Positions 57,712 to 64,000 of a stretch of DNA of 64,000 bases are shown piece after piece. The position numbers were made by a program, and so were the translations under genes. Each line of letters starts with the position of its first letter. Within the stretch, counting starts at the first letter, position 1. The stretch comes from Fibrobacterota bacterium (GTDB lineage Bacteria; Fibrobacterota; Fibrobacteria; UBA5070), in assembly GCA_029557215.1 (NCBI GenBank), contig JAKPQQ010000215.1, positions 3,875 through 67,874 of the forward strand, given 5' to 3'. The notes below the pieces were generated by a model. That model did not search any database, was not told where the DNA came from, and worked only from the letters and a program-made list of their open reading frames with translations.

Positions 57712-58176
57712 TCATTTCCCGGTTCGGGCGGCCTTCCGTTCCTGGGCTTCCTGGTACAGGGCGTCCTCTTCGGGCGTGGTGGTCCGAAGCGGCGGCACCG
57801 GCGCCGGTCGATGGTCGGCACCCAGCGCCACGTACACCATCCTGGCCGTGTGGACCAGCTCCAGCGTGTCGGCGATGGGGTCTTCGTGGCTCACCTTCAC
57901 CTCCACTTCCATGGAGGTGCGCCCCGCCCAGACCAGCCTGGCGTCGAACTGCAGCACGCTGCCCACGACCACGGGCCGGTGGAACACCATGCCTTCCACC
58001 GCGACGGTCACCACGGTGCGCCGCGAATGGCGCGTGGCGGCCAGGCCGCCGTTCTCGTCGACCAGCTTCATGATCCAGCCGCCGTGCACGTGTCCCATGT
58101 GGTTGGCGTGTTCGGGCAGCATGAGCGCGTGGCTGGTCACCCGCGTGTCGGAGGGGGTCTTGGGAGCGAGCGTCAT
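57712..58176 (-). CDS. Acyl-CoA thioesterase (YciA-like hot-dog)
   Basis: 'LPEHANHMGHVHGGWIMKLVD', 'VVTVAV', 'GRTSMEV'; ATGA overlap with metX. Confidence 0.9.
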   Translation of the reverse strand: MTLAPKTPSDTRVTSHALMLPEHANHMGHVHGGWIMKLVDENGGLAATRHSRRTVVTVAVEGMVFHRPVVVGSVLQFDARLVWAGRTSMEVEVKVSHEDPIADTLELVHTARMVYVALGADHRPAPVPPLRTTTPEEDALYQEAQERKAARTGK

Positions 58177-60086
58177 TTTCCGTCCTTGCGCGCGATGCGC
58201 ACGATGGCGCGGTCGGCGCCCAGGTTGCGAAGGCCGGCCTTCAGCAGCAGCCTTCCCACGAACGAATCGGCCTGCTCGCGGATCTCCAGGATCTCGATGC
58301 GGTTCTCGCGGCAGTAGGCCTGGAAATCGTCGAGCGTGAACGGATGCAGGTTGGGGGTCTCGTACCACTCGAACGGCAGGTCCCGGGTCTTGGGCATGCG
58401 CCCCGAAAGCAGCACGGACAGCCGGGAGTTCCAGACCGCGAAGTTGGGGAAGCTCACGATGGCCTCGCGCCCCACGCGCAGGATCTCGCGCAGGAGTTCC
58501 GGGGGCCGCGCCACGACCTGCAGGGTCTGGTTGAGCACCACGTGGTCCCAGGCGCCGTCGGGGAGCCTCGACAGCGCGTCGACCGCGTCGCCCTGCAGCA
58601 CCGACAATTCCCGTCCCAGCGACCCGATCACGGCGTCCAGGTCGATGTCCAACCCTTCGCCGGTGCAGTTCCTGTCGCGGATCAGGTGGTCCAGCAGGCG
58701 GCCGTCGCCGCACCCGATGTCCAGCACCCGCGAACCCGGACGGACCATCCCCGCGATGACCGCCTTGTCCTCGTCGAACTCCCAGCTCGGCGGGTCGGCC
58801 GGTGCGCGACCGGATTCCGTCGCGGCGCCGCGCTGCGAAAGGAACGCCGTGAGCACCCGGTCGAGCTGGTCGACCTCCAGCAGGAACCCGTCGTGCCCGT
58901 GCGGGCTGGCCAGTTCGCAGAAGCTCACGGGCTTGCCCAGCTGCAGGAGCACCTCGGCCACCTGCCACGATTCCGACGCCGGGAACAACCAGTCGCTGGA
59001 AAGCGCCACCACCAGGAATCGGCAGCGGCTGCGCGAGAACGCCTCCTGCAGGCGCGTCTTGGCGGCGGCCTCCTTGGCGGCCCCGCGCGCGGCCTCGTCG
59101 GGGAGGGCCGCGAGGGTTTGGCGATCGGGATCGGGAGTGGCCCCGTAGCTGCGCGCCAGATCGAACCCGTCCATGGCCTGGGTGATGAACAGGTAGGCGT
59201 TGGCGTCGAAGCGCTGGACGAACTTGGTGCCCTGGTGCTCCAGGTACTTTTCCACCTCGAAGGCGGTGTGGAAGCGCTCGGGAGCGTCGTTTTCCCGCTG
59301 GCGGCGTCCGAACTTGCCGGCCATGCCTTCTGCCGACAGGTAGGTGATGTGCGCGATCTTGCGCGCCAGCGACAAGCCTTCCACCGGACCTTGGCCCGAA
59401 GCGTATTGCCCGTGCTCCCAACCCTTGTCGTTGAGGATCGCGTTGCGCCCCAGGATGTCGAACGCCAACGCCTGGGCCGAAAGGCTGGGGGCCGCCGCCA
59501 CGCACACGCAGCGCTCCACGCGATCGGGGTGGCGCAGGCTCCATTCCAGCGCCTGCATGCCTCCCATGGAACCGCCGACCACCGCGTAGAGGTTCTTCAC
59601 GCCGAGCTGGTCCAGCAAAAGCCTCTGCACTTCCACCATGTCGCCGATGGTGATGTCGGGGAAGTCGTAGCCCCAGGGCTTGCCGGTGGACGGATTGACG
59701 GACATGGGGCCCGTGGTCCCGGAACACCCGCCCAGCATGGACGCGCAGACCACGAACCAGCGGCGCGTGTCCACCGTCTTGCCGGGCCCCACCATGTCGT
59801 CCCACCACCCCTTGGACTTGGCGTTCTCGAAGCTCCCGTGGAACCCCGCCACGTGGCAGTTGGCGGTCAACGGCGTGGTCACCAGGATCGCGTTGCCACC
59901 GTCGGGCGCGAGCGTGCCGTAGGTCTCGTAGGCGACTTCGATCTCGGGGATCGACTCGCCGCTTTCGGTGCGGAATCCGTCGGGGCCCAGCGCGAGCTTG
60001 GCGACGCGGGTCTCCACGACGCCCACGGAGCGGCTGCGGTCGTAGGGTGCTCCATCCTTGACCCAGGTGGAATCGGCGATGTCCAA
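58173..60086 (-). CDS. metX: Homoserine O-acyltransferase fused to MetW-type methyltransferase
   Basis: 'AYETYG.L....NAIL', 'GWWD.MVGPGK', 'GGSMGG', 'TYLS', 'RFDAN', 'SDWLFP', 'HGHDGFL'; then MetW 'GSRVLDIGCGDG', 'NQTLQ', 'IVSFPNF', 'GRMP....LPFEWYETPNLH'. Confidence 0.92.
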   Translation of the reverse strand: MDIADSTWVKDGAPYDRSRSVGVVETRVAKLALGPDGFRTESGESIPEIEVAYETYGTLAPDGGNAILVTTPLTANCHVAGFHGSFENAKSKGWWDDMVGPGKTVDTRRWFVVCASMLGGCSGTTGPMSVNPSTGKPWGYDFPDITIGDMVEVQRLLLDQLGVKNLYAVVGGSMGGMQALEWSLRHPDRVERCVCVAAAPSLSAQALAFDILGRNAILNDKGWEHGQYASGQGPVEGLSLARKIAHITYLSAEGMAGKFGRRQRENDAPERFHTAFEVEKYLEHQGTKFVQRFDANAYLFITQAMDGFDLARSYGATPDPDRQTLAALPDEAARGAAKEAAAKTRLQEAFSRSRCRFLVVALSSDWLFPASESWQVAEVLLQLGKPVSFCELASPHGHDGFLLEVDQLDRVLTAFLSQRGAATESGRAPADPPSWEFDEDKAVIAGMVRPGSRVLDIGCGDGRLLDHLIRDRNCTGEGLDIDLDAVIGSLGRELSVLQGDAVDALSRLPDGAWDHVVLNQTLQVVARPPELLREILRVGREAIVSFPNFAVWNSRLSVLLSGRMPKTRDLPFEWYETPNLHPFTLDDFQAYCRENRIEILEIREQADSFVGRLLLKAGLRNLGADRAIVRIARKDGK

Positions 60087-60089
60087 AGT

Positions 60090-60947
60090 TCAGGCCTCCC
60101 TGGCCAGGTTCGTGCGCAGCATCCAGACGGGCTTGAACCCCTGGTGGGCTCCCGACTGGTTCCAGAACACCGCCGCGACCTCGGTGATCCGGCCCGGCAC
60201 GACGTTCACGTAGAGCCTGTCGGCGTAGATGCGCGAAAGGTGCAGACCCCGGCCTCGGGAATCCAGAAGTCCTTCGCCGCGGATGTGGCGGTCCAGCAAG
60301 CGCAAGGTCTCGCCCGGATGCAGCGCACCCGACTGGTCGCGCACGGAAAAGACATGTTTTGTCGCATCGCGTCCCCAGCTCACCGTGGCCGTGCCCAGCG
60401 GCGAATGGTGGATCGCGTTGGAAAGCATTTCGTCCAGCACCAGCCGGAGCCTGCGGCTGGAACCCAGCACGCCTTCCAGCCCCGATTGGATCCTGCGGCA
60501 CAGCTGCGAGATCTGGTCCAGCGCCACGGCGCCTTCGGTGCCCAGCGACTCCGACGCGGGCCCCAGGAACTTGGAAAGCCCGGGTTCCCACCCTTTGGTG
60601 TGGAGCGTCCAGGCAAGGGCGAGTTCGTCCAGGAGAAGCGGCGTCGTCTTGGCCGACAGGACGCCGATCCCCGCCTGGCGGGCGGGGCCCACCAGCTCGT
60701 CGATGTTGCGCGAAGTCCACAGGATCGATGGAATCCCGCGGGCCTGGAGTTCGCCCAAGGCGTCCAGCCCGTCGAAATCCCCGGCGAACGCGGCTTCCCC
60801 GATGGCCATCGAGATGTCGCCGTCCCGGGCGCGCGACAACGCGTCTTCCACGGTGCGACAAGCCACCACCTTGGCTCCGAGGCGATGCGCCAACAGCGGA
60901 ACCGGTCGCGGATCCGTGTCGAGCAGAAGGATGGTGGGTTCGCTCAT
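60090..60947 (-). CDS. Degenerate receiver domain fused to RsbW-like HATPase (anti-sigma/Ser kinase-like)
   Basis: N-terminus 'ILLLDTD..DG..LW'; C-terminus 'LVLDEMLSNAIHH', 'SVRDQSG', 'GRGLHL'. Confidence 0.7.
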   Translation of the reverse strand: MSEPTILLLDTDPRPVPLLAHRLGAKVVACRTVEDALSRARDGDISMAIGEAAFAGDFDGLDALGELQARGIPSILWTSRNIDELVGPARQAGIGVLSAKTTPLLLDELALAWTLHTKGWEPGLSKFLGPASESLGTEGAVALDQISQLCRRIQSGLEGVLGSSRRLRLVLDEMLSNAIHHSPLGTATVSWGRDATKHVFSVRDQSGALHPGETLRLLDRHIRGEGLLDSRGRGLHLSRIYADRLYVNVVPGRITEVAAVFWNQSGAHQGFKPVWMLRTNLAREA

Positions 60948-60960
60948 GGAACGAGGCGTC

Positions 60961-61119
60961 CTAGAGGTAGAGCCGGTGGGCAAGCCACGAGAGCACCGAA
61001 GACCCCAGAAGGTACTCGAACACGTCGACTCCCGCCAACGACAGCAGGATCAGGACGAGTTCCAGGACCAGGACCAGGATCAGGAAAGCGAGACCCGCGG
61101 CGATGATCCCCGAAACCAT
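60961..61119 (-). CDS. Small hydrophobic membrane protein (start uncertain)
   Basis: MVSGIIAAGLAFLILVLVLELVLILLSLAGV... in the gap of a co-oriented operon. Confidence 0.45.
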   Translation of the reverse strand: MVSGIIAAGLAFLILVLVLELVLILLSLAGVDVFEYLLGSSVLSWLAHRLYL

Positions 61120-61168
61120 CGGACGGATCTCGCCATGGGCCGCCAGCAACCTCCGCAGAAGGCGGCGG

Positions 61169-62245
61169 TCAGCCCCGGACGGAACGCCGGACTCGCCAGG
61201 CCTTGTCGCCAATGAGGATCGCCTTCGGAGTGGCTCCGACGATTTGGATGGTGGAAGTGGTGCGTGTGGTCCGGACGACCAGTCCGTAGCCGCGCATGGC
61301 CGCCAAGCCCCGGTCCTGGGTTCCATCCATGAACTCGTAGATGTCGCCCTGGCCGATTCCGTCGACTTCGCCGCGATTGACGATCACGGCGGTGCCGGGC
61401 ATCTGGACGCGACCCAGGCGGTCGTTGACGATCACCGTGGCCGGCTCGACTTCCTTGAAGTCTTCGAAGGCCGTGACGGAAACGACGGCGGGCGGCTCGT
61501 AGCGACGCACCTTCGCGCCGATCCCGACCGGTCCGAACACGGATACCAGCCTCAGCAACGAGGTCTTCTTGCGGACCTCGATCACATCGGCCAAGGCACG
61601 CGTCTCTTCCAGGCGACCACGGGTGTTGGGCATGACGTTGGTCGCGACCTTGTCGTCGCGCTCCACGATCGCCATCCGCTCGCCCAACTTGATTCCCTGA
61701 TCCGAGCCCAGCTTGATTTCGATGGTGAATCCAGGCATGAGCTGGTGGGTCCCGTACTCGTCGTCGTAGACGATTTCCGACTGCGGCGCGGGAATCGGTT
61801 CGTCGGCCGGGTACAGGACCGGAGCGTTCAGGACCGATTCGAGGCTCAAGACGCTTTGCGTGGGAGGGATGACCAGTTCCAACGCGGCGGCTGCCGTGTC
61901 CAGAGGCGCCATCTTCTGGTTGTCGGGGTTCTCGGCGAATCCGGCCAGCGGATCGCTGCCCTGCTGGAAATTGCCTGCGCCCGGGTCCGCCACGGGAGCG
62001 GCGTCACCGGTTCCCGAGCCGTCGCCATTGCCGTCGATGTTCACGACATCGCCCGGATAGATCCAGTGGGCGTCCTTGATCTGCGGATTCTTCTGCCAGA
62101 CCGTGGGCCAGGTGAAGGGGTTTCCAAGGTATTTGCCGGTGATATCCCAGAGCGTGTCGCCCTTGACCACGACGTGGGTGGTGCCCGCGGCGAACGCACC
62201 CGCGACGGCGACCAGGAAAATGCGCGAGATCCTGGAGCGATTCAT
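61169..62245 (-). CDS. LysM peptidoglycan-binding protein (TsaP/YgaU-like architecture)
   Basis: RBS GGAGG; signal peptide; 'HVVVKGDTLWDITGKYLGNPFTWP.VW..NPQIKDAHWIYPGD'; C-terminal 'VNRGEVDGI..GD'. Confidence 0.85.
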   Translation of the reverse strand: MNRSRISRIFLVAVAGAFAAGTTHVVVKGDTLWDITGKYLGNPFTWPTVWQKNPQIKDAHWIYPGDVVNIDGNGDGSGTGDAAPVADPGAGNFQQGSDPLAGFAENPDNQKMAPLDTAAAALELVIPPTQSVLSLESVLNAPVLYPADEPIPAPQSEIVYDDEYGTHQLMPGFTIEIKLGSDQGIKLGERMAIVERDDKVATNVMPNTRGRLEETRALADVIEVRKKTSLLRLVSVFGPVGIGAKVRRYEPPAVVSVTAFEDFKEVEPATVIVNDRLGRVQMPGTAVIVNRGEVDGIGQGDIYEFMDGTQDRGLAAMRGYGLVVRTTRTTSTIQIVGATPKAILIGDKAWRVRRSVRG

Positions 62246-62364
62246 GAAGCCTCCCAACGTCGACAGGGCACCGCAACTCGTTGACCCATCGCGACTTGCG
62301 TTTATACCAGAAGTGTAAGATATTCCTGGCCGGATCGCCACCGGTGTTGTGGACGAATCCCGTC

Positions 62365-64000
62365 TCAATCCAACCGGTCCTTCAGTTTCTGCACGAAAAG
62401 CAAGGCTTCCAGCGGGGTCATGCGGACAGGATCCGCCTCGCGGACCATGTTCGCCACCTCTTCCTGCCCCGGGTCGCCGGCGAACAGCGACAGCTGCACC
62501 TTCGGCGCGGCCGGTGGCGGCGACTTCTTTCGGCCGATCTGCAGTTCCTGGGCCTCCAGCTGCAAAAGAATGGCCTTGGCGCGGTCCAGGACGTCTTCCG
62601 GCACGCCCGCCATGCGCGCCACGTGCAGTCCGTACGATCCGTCGCAGGCTCCGGGCACCACGCGATGCAGGAACACGATCCGGCCTTCGTGCTCGCGCAC
62701 CACGACCTGCAGATTTTCCAGGCGCGGGAGCCGTTCCGACAGCACCGTGAGCTCGTGGTAGTGGGTGGCGAACAGCGTCTTGGCGGCGATGGCGGGGTTT
62801 TCGTGGAGGCTTTCGGCGATCGCCCAGGCCAGCGAAAGCCCGTCGAAGGTGCTGGTGCCGCGGCCCACCTCGTCGAGCAGGACCAGGCTGCGCGGCGTGG
62901 CGTTGTGCAGGATGTTCGCCGTTTCGATCATCTCGACAAGGAATGTCGATTGCCCGCGCGACAGGCGGTCGGCGGCGCCCACGCGCGTGAACACGCGGTC
63001 CACCAGCGGGATCCTGGCCTGGTCGGCGGCCACGGGGCATCCGGCGTGGGCCATGACCACGGCAAGCCCCGTCATGCGCAGGTAGGTGGATTTACCACCC
63101 ATGTTGGGGCCGGTGACCAGCTGGATCTGGGGGCCTTCGCAGTCCAGCAGCACGTCGTTGGCCACGAACGGGACGTCGGGATGCAGGCTTTCCAGCACGG
63201 GGTGGCGCAATCCCCGCAGGTCCAGGCGCGAGCCTTCGTGGAAATCGGGACGGGTCCAGCGGTATTCTTCCGCCCGTTCGGCGAAGCTCGCCAGGGTGTC
63301 GCACGAGGCGATGTCGGTGGCCACCTTCTGCAGGCGCGGCAAGTGCGAAGCCAGTTCGTCGCGCAAGGCGCAGAACAGTTCGTATTCGCGCTCCTTGATC
63401 TTCTCGTCGGCGCCCAGCACCTGTTCCTCCCAACGCTTCATGTCGGGGGTGGTGTAGCGTTCGGCCCCCGTGAGGGTCTGGATGCGCTGGTAGTCGGACG
63501 GAATCCGGTCGGCGTGGGCCTTGGTGATCTCGATGTAGTACCCGAACACCCGGTTGTAGCCGACCTTGAGGGTGGAGATCCCGGTGCGGTCGCGCTCCGT
63601 CTGCTGCAGCGCGGCCAACGCCTGGCGTCCTTCGCTGGCGCCGGATTCCAGTTCGGCGATCCTCGCGTCGGCGCCCGGCCTGATCAATCCGCCGTCCTTG
63701 ACGGAAAGGGGAGGCGATTCCACCAGCAGCGCCTCGATGGGTTCGGCCAGGCGCGACAGGCCTTCCGTGGACCCGGCCAGGCGCGCCAGCAGTCCGTCGC
63801 CCGTGGCGTTCAGGATCCGACCGACACGTTCGGCCGCGCCCAGTCCTCGCGCGGCGCCCACCAGATCGCGGGCGTTCACGCGAAGCGTGGCGATCTTGCC
63901 CGAAAGCCGTTCCAGGTCGGGGATGGACGCGAGTTCGCGCTGGAGTTCGTCCAGGCGAGGACGGTTGGAGCGCAACGCCTCGACCGCCTGCTGGCGTTCA
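62365..64000 (-). CDS. mutS: DNA mismatch repair protein MutS (5'-partial)
   Basis: 'LKVGYNRVFGYYIE', 'TGPNMGGKSTYLR', 'DRVFTRVGA', 'STFLVEM', 'DEVGRGTST', 'FATHYHEL', 'SYGLHVA'. Confidence 0.97.
   Translation of the reverse strand, partial: ERQQAVEALRSNRPRLDELQRELASIPDLERLSGKIATLRVNARDLVGAARGLGAAERVGRILNATGDGLLARLAGSTEGLSRLAEPIEALLVESPPLSVKDGGLIRPGADARIAELESGASEGRQALAALQQTERDRTGISTLKVGYNRVFGYYIEITKAHADRIPSDYQRIQTLTGAERYTTPDMKRWEEQVLGADEKIKEREYELFCALRDELASHLPRLQKVATDIASCDTLASFAERAEEYRWTRPDFHEGSRLDLRGLRHPVLESLHPDVPFVANDVLLDCEGPQIQLVTGPNMGGKSTYLRMTGLAVVMAHAGCPVAADQARIPLVDRVFTRVGAADRLSRGQSTFLVEMIETANILHNATPRSLVLLDEVGRGTSTFDGLSLAWAIAESLHENPAIAAKTLFATHYHELTVLSERLPRLENLQVVVREHEGRIVFLHRVVPGACDGSYGLHVARMAGVPEDVLDRAKAILLQLEAQELQIGRKKSPPPAAPKVQLSLFAGDPGQEEVANMVREADPVRMTPLEALLFVQKLKDRLD

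Noticed and set aside
60086-60100. SAM riboswitch upstream of metX
   Set aside because: Only 3 bp separate metX from the upstream gene, leaving no leader
61040-61090. CAGGAC/CAGGAT hexamer tandem repeat
   Set aside because: Explained by Leu-Val/Ile codons of a hydrophobic helix on the minus strand; imperfect, so not a convincing contingency locus

Overview
GC-rich bacterial chromosomal segment, most likely from a Fibrobacterota organism (inference from a TIGR02147-type gene paired with a lipoprotein, secreted GH5/GH43 enzymes with short sorting-type C-terminal tails, long-form IspG and futalosine-type menaquinone genes). About 48 real CDSs and one tRNA-Arg(CCG); most other long ORFs in the track are GC-rich shadow frames. 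Housekeeping genes include lepA, mutS (partial), ispG, glgB, sodB, murI, an rdgB-type pyrophosphatase, a metX-metW fusion, mqnA, a UbiD-family decarboxylase and menG/ubiE. There are three histidine-kinase/receiver pairs, polysaccharide hydrolases and secreted metalloproteases. Best candidates for undescribed biology: (1) a co-oriented three-gene cluster at 27356-32370 with an ApeA/HEPN-like protein whose RxxxxH motif reads RNMGSQ, a Upf1/Dna2-type SF1 helicase and a degenerate NERD/UvrD-like helicase, which could be an anti-phage system; (2) a tandem copy of the lepA 3' end (111 bp identical plus a diverged part) split by a 114-bp hairpin element; (3) a TPR/DxDxDG lipoprotein coupled to a TraF/PorV-like barrel; (4) a STAS-linker-TM-PEGA protein with repeated DSW[IF] motifs; (5) a reprolysin-propeller protease next to a PDZ sensor kinase. 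No CRISPR array, rRNA, integrase or transposase was seen. All family calls come from reading motifs by eye; no database searches were run.
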